DNA from: an uncultured delta proteobacterium
GTDB taxonomy: Bacteria > Desulfobacterota > Zymogenia > Zymogenales > Zymogenaceae
Reading direction: 5' to 3'
Length of the DNA stretch: 64,000 nt
Assembly (NCBI GenBank): GCA_963735595.1
Contig: CAVTLK010000001.1
Span: 704,001 to 768,000 of the forward strand
Shown piece by piece: positions 1-9,539 of the stretch (positions are counted from its first letter, which is position 1; the number at the start of each line of letters is the position of its first letter). The translations under genes were made by a program, and so were the position numbers. Below the pieces are notes generated by a model. That model saw only the letters and a list, made by a program, of their open reading frames with translations, was not told the DNA's origin and searched no databases.

Positions 1-93
1 AAACGCGCTCATCAACAGGCCGGCCGCACGTTCCGGCGCTTTCGTAACGCCGCCGGACATGGAGACATGGGCGCCCAGCAAAGGACCTTTCAC
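1..93 (-). CDS. nfo: Endonuclease IV (5' part, runs off window)
   Basis: Manual translation from GTG at 93 gives MKGPLLGAHVSMSGGVTKAPERAAGLLMSAF, the typical Nfo N-terminus (LGAHVSxxGG). Start codon uncertain. Confidence 0.8.
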   Translation of the reverse strand, partial: MKGPLLGAHVSMSGGVTKAPERAAGLLMSAF

Positions 94-176
94 GACAAGG
101 GCCCCATGCCGCGGTTCATTCCTGACGCTGATCTCACCGCATCCTCCGACCGGTTTGAATCGATAGGTCCGCCCTC

Positions 177-569
177 TTAGCTTTCAGACGTGGGCTCCGC
201 GGGTACCTCTTCCGAAGCTGCTTCCGAAGTTGCTTCCGGAGCTGCGTCCGGGGTTGCTTCCGGAGCGGGCTCCGGGGCCTGCGCCTGCTCCTGTGCCTGT
301 GCCTTCTGGGTTTCGGCGGCTATCCGGGCTTCCTCGGCCTTCTTGTGGATCTCCTCGGCCTTTTTGGTGGCCCGCTCATGCTTTTCGACGACCCGGGCGT
401 GCTTTGCCGCTACCGAGGCCGCGAGCGTATCGTCCTTTTTCTTCCTGCGCTGGGCCCGTTTGAGCTCTTTCTTCTTCTCGCGTAACCCCTTATCGTACTT
501 TTCGACGGTTCCCTGTAATTTCGTGATCTCGGACTTGAGGGTATTAATCCTATTCTCGGCTTCTTTCAT
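177..569 (-). CDS. Hypothetical coiled-coil protein with Pro/Ala/Glu-rich tail
   Basis: 130-aa ORF; GAGGAGG RBS upstream; Lys/Glu heptad region followed by low-complexity EATPDAAPEATSEAASE tail. Confidence 0.75.
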   Translation of the reverse strand: MKEAENRINTLKSEITKLQGTVEKYDKGLREKKKELKRAQRRKKKDDTLAASVAAKHARVVEKHERATKKAEEIHKKAEEARIAAETQKAQAQEQAQAPEPAPEATPDAAPEATSEAASEEVPAEPTSES

Positions 570-663
570 GGATGACTACTTATCCTCCTCTTTGGATACT
601 ATCTGTAAAACGTTCGCTCTTCTGCGTGACAGTACGGGACCATATACCGACGGGCTCTCCGCC

Positions 664-1530
664 CTATTCCTCTATCTCGGGGGTAACGGAGATATAAAAG
701 CCGCCGGTCGTGACCGATTTTGAAAAACCGGAGAGTATATCCCCGACAAGCCTTCCCGTGTCCGTCTCATTTTCGGCGATAACGACAGTCCGGCCGTCGG
801 GAATCGAGACGGTCGTCGCGGCCTCGTAGAAAACAATCGACCCTTCCTCCTCATCGGCGAAATATGAGAAGAACGGGGAAATATCAAGATGCACCTCTGT
901 ATCCAGGATCGTCGGGGCAAAAATGAATCCGGTCGAGACTTCACGAAAGATCACCCCTTCCCGAACGATGCCGTGATCCCTGAAGCGGATAAGGACATCA
1001 TCCGAGATCGGCACATCGGCCCCGGTTACAAACCGTCCCGATCCGCCGCTCATGACCAGCAGGTCCTGCGTCGTCACCGAGGTTTTGCCGGCCCCCACCG
1101 CCCCGCCAAACCCTCCCACGGTAAGCCCCTCCCCACCGCGTCCGTCTTCGAGGTTTCCGATCATAAACCCGCCGTCTCTGTAGCGCCACCGGACCGAGAG
1201 ATCAACCTCACGGCGATCCTGGGCCTCGTAAAAGGTGACACGCAGACGTACGTGGCGTGATGCAACGTCAAGGTGTGTAACCAACTCCCGGCACTTCTTA
1301 AGTACGGCAGGATTGTCCATTATAACGAGCGTGTTGTTTCTCTCGTCGGCAATCACCGTGCCCTCGGGAGAAAGGAGCGACCTGACCGCTTCCACCAACT
1401 CTACCGCCGGTCGGTGATTGACCTTGATTACGGCATAATCGGCCGCAAAAAGCGCCGCGCCCGACAGTACCGCTGTAAGCACCACCGCCGCGAAAACCCG
1501 GCCCGTCCTCGAATTCAAGAACACCCTCAC
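664..1530 (-). CDS. Short secretin-like protein (Secretin_N/NolW-like domain), exported
   Basis: Signal peptide, then VNHRPAVELVEAVRSLLSPEGTVIADERNNTLVIMD (N3-like domain) and a secretin-like beta region (STGFIFAPTI, ATTVSIPDG). Overlaps the sppA stop by 4 bp. Confidence 0.7.
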   Translation of the reverse strand: MRVFLNSRTGRVFAAVVLTAVLSGAALFAADYAVIKVNHRPAVELVEAVRSLLSPEGTVIADERNNTLVIMDNPAVLKKCRELVTHLDVASRHVRLRVTFYEAQDRREVDLSVRWRYRDGGFMIGNLEDGRGGEGLTVGGFGGAVGAGKTSVTTQDLLVMSGGSGRFVTGADVPISDDVLIRFRDHGIVREGVIFREVSTGFIFAPTILDTEVHLDISPFFSYFADEEEGSIVFYEAATTVSIPDGRTVVIAENETDTGRLVGDILSGFSKSVTTGGFYISVTPEIEE

Positions 1531-2402
1531 GGGATCATCCGGTATTCGGCCCGAAACGTGCGGTCTGCGATACGCCCGGAGATGCCGTCCTGTACCTCCG
1601 ACAGGAGGAAGCTCAACAGGGACGGCCTCTCTTTTTCAGGGTATATGACGTTTGGCTCGCCCTCTATTCCCGACAGCTCCGCTGCCTTATCTATTGCATC
1701 TTCCATATTACCGAGCCCGTCGATCAGCTTGAGTTTCAACGCCTGCTGCCCGGTGAGGATCCTGCCGTCGGCGATCTTGATTACCTCGCTCTCCGGCAGC
1801 TTCCTGCCTTCGGCTACGTCCTTGACGAACTGCTGAAAGATATTGTCGATATATTCCTGCAGGAATACCCGCTCCTCTTCGGTCATCGGACGCAGGGGAG
1901 AAAAGGTATCTTTGAACTTACCGCTCTTGATAACCACTCCCTTGATCCCGAGGTGATCGAGGGCCTCTTCAAGATTGAGCGTTTCGGCGATAACGCCGAT
2001 GCTCCCGGTGGTAGTGGCCGGATTTGCGTAGATGAAGTTCGCCGCCACCGCTATATAGTAGCCCCCGGACGCCGCAACGTCGCCCATGGAGACGACCAAT
2101 ACCTTTTCCTTGGCCAGTTTCTTGAGCTCTTCGTATATTTCCTGGGAGGAAGCGGCGCTGCCGCCGGGCGAATTGATCCTGAGCACCACTGCCGCGACAT
2201 TATCGTTATTCTTATATTCTTTGATCTTCTTGATAATCTCCTCGGAGTCGGCGATAACCCCCTTCACCTCGATTATTGCCACCGATTTTGAGAAGGGCGT
2301 AATCCCGGTCATTACGAAGGAGGCCATCGCCCAGATCCCCGCCACGATAATGACAAAGCATGCGAGGATCACCCCGATCACGATACCCTTATGCTTGACC
2401 AT
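1527..2402 (-). CDS. sppA: Signal peptide peptidase SppA (36K type)
   Basis: LRINSPGGS, SMGDVAASGGYYIA, TGSIGV and KSGKFKD motifs; N-terminal TM helix. Confidence 0.95.
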   Translation of the reverse strand: MVKHKGIVIGVILACFVIIVAGIWAMASFVMTGITPFSKSVAIIEVKGVIADSEEIIKKIKEYKNNDNVAAVVLRINSPGGSAASSQEIYEELKKLAKEKVLVVSMGDVAASGGYYIAVAANFIYANPATTTGSIGVIAETLNLEEALDHLGIKGVVIKSGKFKDTFSPLRPMTEEERVFLQEYIDNIFQQFVKDVAEGRKLPESEVIKIADGRILTGQQALKLKLIDGLGNMEDAIDKAAELSGIEGEPNVIYPEKERPSLLSFLLSEVQDGISGRIADRTFRAEYRMIP

Positions 2403-2509
2403 GCGACACCTCCCTGCTGTGCCCTATAAAACATACTGGTTCAGGCCGCGGCCTGAACCAGTAGTCATTCGATTATAGAGGATCATGGAATAAAAAAGGA
2501 TGTATGGGA

Positions 2510-4327
2510 TTACTCCTTGCTCTCCTCTTCTTCGTCCGCCGGTGCAGCTTCGGCCTCGGCATCCTCGAGCTTGGACCTGAGCACGTCCCCGAGATTGGGA
2601 GTGTGATTTTCCTGCTTCTTCAGGTATTCGGCGACACCGCCCTCATCCTGATCCTGATCGAGCGCCTTGATGGAAAGCCCGATCTTCTTTTCCGCCGGGT
2701 CGAGGTTTACCACAACCGCCTTGAGCTTATCCTTGACATTACAGAACTTGTGCGGATCGTCGACTCTCCCCTTTGCAAGCTCCGATACATGGATAAGGCC
2801 CTCGACATCGTCTTCCAGTTTCAGGAACACCCCAAAATTGGTAATGCTGACGACCTCGCCCTCAACCACCGTACCCGGCTGATACCGGGACGGTATTTCC
2901 TTTTTCCACGGATCCTCGGAAAGCTGTTTGATACCCAGTGAAAAGCGCTCGGCCTCGGGATCGACGTTGAGCACTACCGCCTCGACTTCCTGACCCCGTT
3001 TGTAGAGCTCGGCCGGATGTTTGACCTTGCGGATCCACGAAAGGTCGGATATATGCACAAGCCCATCCACCCCCTCTTCGGTCCCGATAAAAATACCGAA
3101 CTCCGTGACGTTCTTGACCGTTCCCTTGATGACGGTGCCGGGTTTGTATTTCTTGTCGATCATCTCCCAGGGGTTATCTTCGACCTGCTTGAGCCCGAGG
3201 GATATCCGCTTGTTGTCGGCGTCAACAGACAGCACCACCGCGTCCACCACGTCGCCGAGGGAGACCACCTGCGTTGGGCTCTTGATGTTTTTTGTCCAGG
3301 ACATCTCGGAGATATGGACAAGGCCTTCGATTCCCTCCTGGAGCTCCAGGAAGGCGCCGTAGTCGGTAAGGCTGACGACCTTGCCCTTGACGCGGTTTCC
3401 GGGGGCGTAGTTATTGGCCGCCGTATCCCACGGGTTGGGCTTAATCTGCTTCATGCCGAGAGATACGCGCTCTTTCTCCCGGTCGAACTTGAGCACCTTC
3501 ACCTGCACCTTATCGCCGATCCGCAACTGCTCGCTGGGATGGTTGACGCGGCCCCATGAGATGTCGGTTATGTGCAACAGTCCGTCGATCCCCCCCAGGT
3601 CGATAAAGGCGCCGTAGTCGGTGATGTTCTTGACCACGCCTTCCAGAACCATCCCCTCCTCGAGGACCTTGAGGGTCTCTACTTTCTGCTCCTCCCGCTC
3701 CTGCTCCAGGAGCGTCCGGCGTGAGAGCACGATATTTCCGCGTTTCCGGTTGAATTTCACGATCTTGAAACGGAATTTCTTGCCGAGAAGGGCATCGAGA
3801 TCCCTGACCGGATGGAGATCGATCTGCGAGCCGGGCAGAAACGCCTTCACTCCGATATCCACCACGAGGCCGCCCTTGATCTTGGCGACGATCTTTCCTT
3901 CAACGATCTCATTATCCTCACAGGCCTTTCTGATCTCCTCCCAGAGCATAAACTGTTCGGCCTTTTCTTTCGACAGGACGACCAATCCATTATCATTCTC
4001 GCTTTTTTCGATATACACGTCGACCTTGTCGCCCACGCGGACATCGTACTTGCCATCGATATCGGCAAACTCCTCGATGGGGATCTGCCCCTCGGACTTA
4101 TACCCCACATCGACGAGGACGTGATCCTTCGTCACCTGAACGACGGTTCCCTTGACGATCTCGTCTTCCTTGAGCCGTTCAAGGCTCTTGGCGTAGAGCG
4201 CCTCCATGTCGTTTTCGTCGTCGCTCGTCGCGGCGCCGAGATTCAGGCCGTCTTCCTCCGACCTGCCCTCGTCGGGCATCGGGAGGGCCGTCGGTTCAAA
4301 GGAATTCGTCTCCTCGTTCTTCATCAT
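2510..4327 (-). CDS. rpsA: 30S ribosomal protein S1
   Basis: Six S1 repeats (DVGYKSEG, AFLPGSQID, DGLLHITDISW, EGLVHISEMSW). Confidence 0.98.
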   Translation of the reverse strand: MMKNEETNSFEPTALPMPDEGRSEEDGLNLGAATSDDENDMEALYAKSLERLKEDEIVKGTVVQVTKDHVLVDVGYKSEGQIPIEEFADIDGKYDVRVGDKVDVYIEKSENDNGLVVLSKEKAEQFMLWEEIRKACEDNEIVEGKIVAKIKGGLVVDIGVKAFLPGSQIDLHPVRDLDALLGKKFRFKIVKFNRKRGNIVLSRRTLLEQEREEQKVETLKVLEEGMVLEGVVKNITDYGAFIDLGGIDGLLHITDISWGRVNHPSEQLRIGDKVQVKVLKFDREKERVSLGMKQIKPNPWDTAANNYAPGNRVKGKVVSLTDYGAFLELQEGIEGLVHISEMSWTKNIKSPTQVVSLGDVVDAVVLSVDADNKRISLGLKQVEDNPWEMIDKKYKPGTVIKGTVKNVTEFGIFIGTEEGVDGLVHISDLSWIRKVKHPAELYKRGQEVEAVVLNVDPEAERFSLGIKQLSEDPWKKEIPSRYQPGTVVEGEVVSITNFGVFLKLEDDVEGLIHVSELAKGRVDDPHKFCNVKDKLKAVVVNLDPAEKKIGLSIKALDQDQDEGGVAEYLKKQENHTPNLGDVLRSKLEDAEAEAAPADEEEESKE

Positions 4328-4436
4328 TCGCTAGTACCCCCTGGTTTTTTATTCTCGCGCCGCCGTTTAAGGCGGCCGTTGCTCACTAAAAACTCAAAAT
4401 TAGAACAATTTGTCGCTTTAGTCAAGATAAAAAAAC

Positions 4437-5093
4437 TCATATATTACGTATTTTTTTACGTATCTCTTCGACGACTTGCGGTATCGACAAGCGCGTAGTA
4501 TCGATAATAACGGCATCCTCGGCAGGTTTGAGCGGTGAGAGCTCCCGTTCGGAATCGTTTTTGTCCCGTTTTTCGATCTCCGCTACAACCGCGGTAAGGT
4601 TTGCCGATTCCCCCTTGTCAACCCGTTCGCGGTAGCGGCGCTCTCCGCGCACCTTCGGATCGGCCGTCAGAAAAAACTTCGCGTCCGCGTTCGGCAGGAC
4701 GACCGTACCGATATCGCGGCCCTCCATGACGACACCTCCCCCCTGCGCGGCCCCTCGCTGAAGGTCGATCATCGCTTTTCTCACTGAGGGACGGGCCGAT
4801 ACCGCCGAGGAGAGCCTGTCTATAAGCGGCGTGCGGATTGCTTCGGAAACGTCGCGGCCGTCCATGAAGAGCCGCTCCCCCTTGAACCGGAGCTCGATGG
4901 CATCGCAGATCTCGGCCAGGCCACGGTCGTCGGCAGGGTTTATGGAGCGCTCATGGGCGGCCAGGGCAACCGCCCGGTACATAGCCCCCGTATCGACGTA
5001 CGAAAGCCCGAGCTGATGGGCCAGCAGCCTGCTGATCGTGCTCTTGCCGGAGCCGGCCGGCCCGTCGATGACGATAGTGAGATCCTTCTTCAT
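4437..5093 (-). CDS. cmk: Cytidylate kinase
   Basis: IDGPAGSGKST, DTGAMYR and EGRDIGTVV motifs. Start placed at ATG 5093 (MKKDLTIV); the longer ORF only reads through a repeat. Confidence 0.95.
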   Translation of the reverse strand: MKKDLTIVIDGPAGSGKSTISRLLAHQLGLSYVDTGAMYRAVALAAHERSINPADDRGLAEICDAIELRFKGERLFMDGRDVSEAIRTPLIDRLSSAVSARPSVRKAMIDLQRGAAQGGGVVMEGRDIGTVVLPNADAKFFLTADPKVRGERRYRERVDKGESANLTAVVAEIEKRDKNDSERELSPLKPAEDAVIIDTTRLSIPQVVEEIRKKIRNI

Positions 5094-5148
5094 GGATATG
5101 CCATACCATCTTGATATTTTACTTTCAGCGTAGCGTAAAAAGAAGACC

Positions 5149-5270
5149 TCACCACAAAGGCACAAAGGCACAAAGAAGAGGGCTTCTTTATATATGCTCA
5201 CTGACTACGTTCATTTAATGGAGCGGAGCTCTTCTATTGCTTGCTTTGTGTCTTCGTGTCTTTGTGGTGA
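5149..5270. repeat. Inverted pair of 27-bp repeats (empty element 1)
   Basis: tcaccacaaaggcacaaaggcacaaag (5149-5175) and ctttgtgtcttcgtgtctttgtggtga (5244-5270). Confidence 0.9.
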
Positions 5271-5330
5271 ATCCCTCTCTTCTCCTATTCCTGTTCCGCC
5301 GGAAGTAATATTCTCGAATGAACACGACTT

Positions 5331-6620
5331 CTATTTCGTTACCGAATCCAGCAAATCAAAGAATGATGGAAACGATGTCCCCACGCATTCGAGGTCGGTC
5401 ACCGTTACCCCCTCTTGGGACGCCAGGCCCGCCACCGCCGCGGACATCGCCGCCCGGTGATCGCCGAACGAGGCGACATTGCCCCCGGTGAGTCCCCCGG
5501 TACCCTCGATGACCATCCCGTCCGGCCGATCCTCCGCCTTTCCCCCGAGCGCCCGGAGGTTATCGCAGGTCGTCTTGATTCGGTTGGATTCCTTTACCGC
5601 CAACTCCCCCGCGTCGCGCACGGTTGTCGTCCCCGTCGCGGCGGCCGCCGCGACGCAGAAGACCGGGATCTCGTCGATCATCCGCGGGATGATCGGCCCG
5701 CCGATCTCGATTCCCGACAGCTCCGACGAACACACCACGAGGTCGGCCACCGGCTCCCCGGAGACCTCCCGCTCGTTTTCGGCGGATATGTCTCCGCCCA
5801 TTTTGACGAGCGCTTCTATGATCCCGGTGCGGCCGGGGTTCATCCCGACGTTTCGTATCGTCAGTTCGGAATCATGCGTGATGAGCGCCGCGACAATAAA
5901 AAAGGCCGCCGACGAGATATCACCGCTCACCTCGATATCCCGGGCCCGGTACGCCTCAAACGGCTCTAACACGAGGTAGTTCCCTTCGCGGGAAAGAGGA
6001 ACTCCCAAATATCGCATCATCCGCTCGGTATGGTCGCGGGATGCTTCCGGCTCCGAGACGCGTGTCTGGCCCCGGGCACACATCCCGGCCAGGAGAATCG
6101 CCGACTTCACCTGTGCCGAGCTGATCGGCAGGTCGTAGGTGATGCCCGCAAGATTACCCCCGGAAATTGCCAGCGGCGGATACTCTCCCCCGCGGCGCCC
6201 GAGGATGGAGGCCCCCATCTCGCGAAGCGGCGCCGTCACCCGGCGCATCGGCCGTTTCGTGAGGGACGCGTCTCCGGAGAGCACCGAAAAGAAGGGCCGG
6301 GCCGAAAGGAGGCCGGCCAGAAGGCGCATAGACGTGCCGGAGTTGCCGCAATCGAGGATCTCCTCCGGCTCGGTAAACCCGCGCATCCCCCTGCCCGTAA
6401 CAACTAGGGTCTTTCCGTCATCCGTGATTTCTGCGCCGAGGGCACGCATGATGTTGGCCGTCGCAAGGGTGTCGGCGGCCCGGAGGAAGTTGGTGATCCG
6501 CGTAGTGCCGTCGGCCTGAGCAGCAAAGATGACCGACCGATGGGAGATTGATTTATCGCCGGGGATGACGATCTCGCCGCGAAGGCCCGCGGCGGGCTGG
6601 ATGAATCGTTTGTTTTTCAC
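5331..6620 (-). CDS. aroA: 3-phosphoshikimate 1-carboxyvinyltransferase (EPSP synthase)
   Basis: PGDKSISHR, DCGNSGTSMRL, SAQVKSA, RDHTERM, KESNRI and GDHR motifs. Confidence 0.97.
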   Translation of the reverse strand: MKNKRFIQPAAGLRGEIVIPGDKSISHRSVIFAAQADGTTRITNFLRAADTLATANIMRALGAEITDDGKTLVVTGRGMRGFTEPEEILDCGNSGTSMRLLAGLLSARPFFSVLSGDASLTKRPMRRVTAPLREMGASILGRRGGEYPPLAISGGNLAGITYDLPISSAQVKSAILLAGMCARGQTRVSEPEASRDHTERMMRYLGVPLSREGNYLVLEPFEAYRARDIEVSGDISSAAFFIVAALITHDSELTIRNVGMNPGRTGIIEALVKMGGDISAENEREVSGEPVADLVVCSSELSGIEIGGPIIPRMIDEIPVFCVAAAAATGTTTVRDAGELAVKESNRIKTTCDNLRALGGKAEDRPDGMVIEGTGGLTGGNVASFGDHRAAMSAAVAGLASQEGVTVTDLECVGTSFPSFFDLLDSVTK

Positions 6621-6716
6621 TTATTCTTATATTAAACTATATAATGCATAAAAGTCTCGTTGGTATAAACGATATAAGGCTATTTATCTGCTTCTACTAT
6701 ATCCCAAAAGAGAATT

Positions 6717-7228
6717 CCACCACTAAGACACAAAGCCACAAAGGAGAAACCTTCTTATGAATAGTTAACTAGAGCACAATTCTTTTGATGCCGTCTTTTA
6801 TTTTCGGAACGTTGAAATTAATCAGAAGCCCGAGGCGCATGCCGGTTAGTTTTAGATACGTCAATAGCTGTGCTTCGTGCACGGGAATCATCTTATCAAC
6901 CGCCTTTATCTCCACATTCAGGAAATCATTTACGATAACATCGCACCTTAGTCCGGCGTCTAATTTTAGGCCATCATAAATTACGGGCAATGCTATCTGA
7001 TTCTTGAAGGAAATATTGCGCTTAGTTAACTCATGACAAAGACATACTTCGTAAACACCCTCAAGTAGGCCGGGACCAAGCCCGGAATGAACCTTATACG
7101 CAGCGTCTACGACCTCTCTGGCTGCTACCTCAGTTTCATACGTAATGGGCTCGTATATTTCCTTTCTCATCCGATTACCAGCTGAAACCTATTTTTCTCC
7201 TCTTTGTGTCTTTGTGCCTTTGTGGTGA
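6717..7228. mobile_element. Putative small element: GxxExxY gene bounded by 27-bp inverted repeats
   Basis: ccaccactaagacacaaagccacaaag (6717-6743) and ctttgtgtctttgtgcctttgtggtga (7202-7228) enclose an AT-rich gene. Mobility is inferred. Confidence 0.6.
6769..7170 (-). CDS. GxxExxY family protein (PD-(D/E)XK nuclease superfamily)
   Basis: VHSGLGPGLLEGVYEVCL, RCDVIV, VEIKAV and AQLLTYLKLTGMRLGLLINF signatures. Confidence 0.93.
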   Translation of the reverse strand: MRKEIYEPITYETEVAAREVVDAAYKVHSGLGPGLLEGVYEVCLCHELTKRNISFKNQIALPVIYDGLKLDAGLRCDVIVNDFLNVEIKAVDKMIPVHEAQLLTYLKLTGMRLGLLINFNVPKIKDGIKRIVL

Positions 7229-7265
7229 ACCTCTCCCGTGCTTCGTTTACAATCCTAAAGATATT

Positions 7266-7399
7266 TCACCACTAAGACACAAAGGCACTAAGAGCTGCAA
7301 GACAAATTAATATAATCCTTGTTTGTGCCTTCTTATAGCTTGCCTATTTTCTAAGTTCTTTTAGCTTTTCCTCTTTGTGTCTTTGTGCCTTAGTGGTGA
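7266..7399. repeat. Inverted pair of 27-bp repeats (empty element 2)
   Basis: tcaccactaagacacaaaggcactaag (7266-7292) and ctttgtgtctttgtgccttagtggtga (7373-7399). Confidence 0.9.
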
Positions 7400-7421
7400 G
7401 TATCCCCCGCGCTTCTTTGTC

Positions 7422-8435
7422 TTACGCCGTCCTTCCCACCGCCTCGGCCACCTTTCTTACCCGCTCCATCATGTCGGCAAACTTCTTTGGTTTCAGCGAC
7501 TGGTTGCCGTCGCTGACTGCCTTCTCCGGGTCGGTGTGAACTTCTACAAGAATTCCGTCGGCCCCCGCCGCGATCCCCGCCAGCGCCGTCGGCGTAACGA
7601 GGTCCCACCTGCCGGTGGCGTGGCTCGGATCGACGACGATAGGGAGATGCGTGAGGCCCTTGAGGACCGGAACCGCGTTTATGTCCAGGGTGTTTCTGGT
7701 CTCCGTCTCGAACGTGCGGATACCCCGCTCGCAGAGGATAATATTAATGTTCCCTTCGGAGGCAATGTATTCGGCCGACATCAGGAGCTCAAGTATCGTC
7801 GCGCTCATCCCGCGTTTGAGGATGATTGGTTTTTTTAGCTTGCCGACTTCCTTGAGGAGGTCGAAGTTCTGCATGTTGCGCGCCCCGATCTGTACGGCAT
7901 CGGCGTATTTGTCCACGAGTTCGGTATGCCGGATATTCATCAGCTCGGTGACCACCGGGAGTCCCGTCTCGTCACGTACCGCGGCAAGGTATTTGAGCCC
8001 CTCTTCTCCGAGCCCCTGGAACGAATAGGGGGACGTGCGCGGCTTGAACGCCCCGCCGCGAAGCACGGTGGCCCCCATCGCCTTTACCTCGCCGGCGATC
8101 TTCCGGAGGATATCGATCCCCTCAACCGCGCAGGGACCGGCGATCACCTGGATTTGCCGCCCCCCGATGGGGACTTTCCCGATGGTGACGACCGAGTCCT
8201 CCTTTTTGAAGTCGCGGCTGACAACCTTATACGGTTTGAGGATCGGGACGACCTTTTCGATACCGGGCAGCGTCTCAACCGGCAGCCCGCTGAGCTTCCG
8301 TTCGTCACCGATCGCGCCGACGATGGTGCGCTCCTCACCCCTAGAGACGTGAGGTTTGAGTCCCACCTCCGTAATACGATCGATGAGATGTTGAAGGTCC
8401 TGTTCACTGTGACCGGGTTTAAGGACAAATATCAT
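7422..8435 (-). CDS. aroF: 3-deoxy-7-phosphoheptulonate (DAHP) synthase, type I-beta
   Basis: [42 protein letters not shown] and DPSH motifs; N-terminal regulatory domain. Confidence 0.96.
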   Translation of the reverse strand: MIFVLKPGHSEQDLQHLIDRITEVGLKPHVSRGEERTIVGAIGDERKLSGLPVETLPGIEKVVPILKPYKVVSRDFKKEDSVVTIGKVPIGGRQIQVIAGPCAVEGIDILRKIAGEVKAMGATVLRGGAFKPRTSPYSFQGLGEEGLKYLAAVRDETGLPVVTELMNIRHTELVDKYADAVQIGARNMQNFDLLKEVGKLKKPIILKRGMSATILELLMSAEYIASEGNINIILCERGIRTFETETRNTLDINAVPVLKGLTHLPIVVDPSHATGRWDLVTPTALAGIAAGADGILVEVHTDPEKAVSDGNQSLKPKKFADMMERVRKVAEAVGRTA

Positions 8436-8441
8436 GGCAGG

Positions 8442-9539
8442 CTATCCTTTGTTGAGCACTTTCTTGAGTGCCCTGGCTAATCGTTCGTTTTCCGCCATCG
8501 TTCCCACGGTGATTCGCTCGTGCGTCATCAAGCCGTAGGAGGCCATAGAGCGTACAATCACGCCCTCGCGGAGCATCGCCTGGTATACCTCATTGGCGGG
8601 TTTACCTACGTCCACAAGCACGAAGTTCGTCTGGGAAGGCACGTACGAGAGCCCCATCTCTTCGAACTGACCGTACAGGAAGGAAAGCCCCTCCCGCGTC
8701 ACCGAGAGTGTATTCTGGAGGAACTCCTCGTCGTCGAGGGCGGCGGTTGCCGCCGCCTGCGCCAGCGAATTGGTGTTGAAGGGCTGGCGCACCCGTTCCA
8801 GCAATGAGATGATCTCGGGGACGGCGATCCCGTAGCCCATCCGTATGCCCGAGAGGCCGTACGCCTTTGAGAACGTCCTCGCGGATAGGACCGGGTAGCC
8901 CTTCCTCATGAACGAGAAGAAATCGACCGCTTGACCGTCTGTGACAAATTCCCGGTAGGCCTCGTCCAGGACCACCAGCAGGTGATCGGGAAGCCCATTC
9001 ATGAACCGGGCGAAGGCGGCCTGGCTCACGACGGTCCCAACGGGGTTGTTGGGGCTGTCGATGAAGACGAGCCGCGTCCGCTTGGAGATCGCAGCCTTCA
9101 TCGCGTCCAGGTCGAAGTTCCAGTCCTTCAGGGGGATAATGACGTTTTTCCCGCCCACTGCCTGGTTGATGAGACGGTATACGATAAACGAGGGGTCTCC
9201 CATCACGACTTCGTCGCCCTCGCGCACCAGGAGGCGGATGAGGAACTCGATGATCTCGTTGCTCCCGTTTCCCACGATGAGGTGATCCGGCCCGACGCCG
9301 AGATGACTGGAGAGCCGTTCCTTCAGGTAGTAGCTGCTCCCGTCGGGGTAGCGGTGGAGGTCCTTGGCCCTCTTCTCGATAGCCGCCAGGGCCTTCGGGG
9401 AAGGTCCGAGGGGATTTTCGTTGGAGGCCAGCTTGATGGACCCCGTAATCCCAAGCTCCCGCTCGAGCTCCTCGATAGGTTTGCCGGGGGGATAGGGCGT
9501 GAGCGTCTTGATGTAGTCGGGAACGTACTTCGTAACCAT
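8442..9539 (-). CDS. hisC: Histidinol-phosphate/aromatic aminotransferase
   Basis: KLASNENPLG, GNGSNE, PNNPVG, DEAY and RTFSKAYGL motifs. Confidence 0.95.
   Translation of the reverse strand: MVTKYVPDYIKTLTPYPPGKPIEELERELGITGSIKLASNENPLGPSPKALAAIEKRAKDLHRYPDGSSYYLKERLSSHLGVGPDHLIVGNGSNEIIEFLIRLLVREGDEVVMGDPSFIVYRLINQAVGGKNVIIPLKDWNFDLDAMKAAISKRTRLVFIDSPNNPVGTVVSQAAFARFMNGLPDHLLVVLDEAYREFVTDGQAVDFFSFMRKGYPVLSARTFSKAYGLSGIRMGYGIAVPEIISLLERVRQPFNTNSLAQAAATAALDDEEFLQNTLSVTREGLSFLYGQFEEMGLSYVPSQTNFVLVDVGKPANEVYQAMLREGVIVRSMASYGLMTHERITVGTMAENERLARALKKVLNKG

Noticed and set aside
5094..5201. N-terminal extension of cmk (FFVPLCLCGE..)
   Set aside because: It is a translation of the repeat arm; the Cmk fold starts at MKKDLTIV.
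5149..7399. 27-bp repeats as a CRISPR array
   Set aside because: Copies alternate in orientation and are irregularly spaced.
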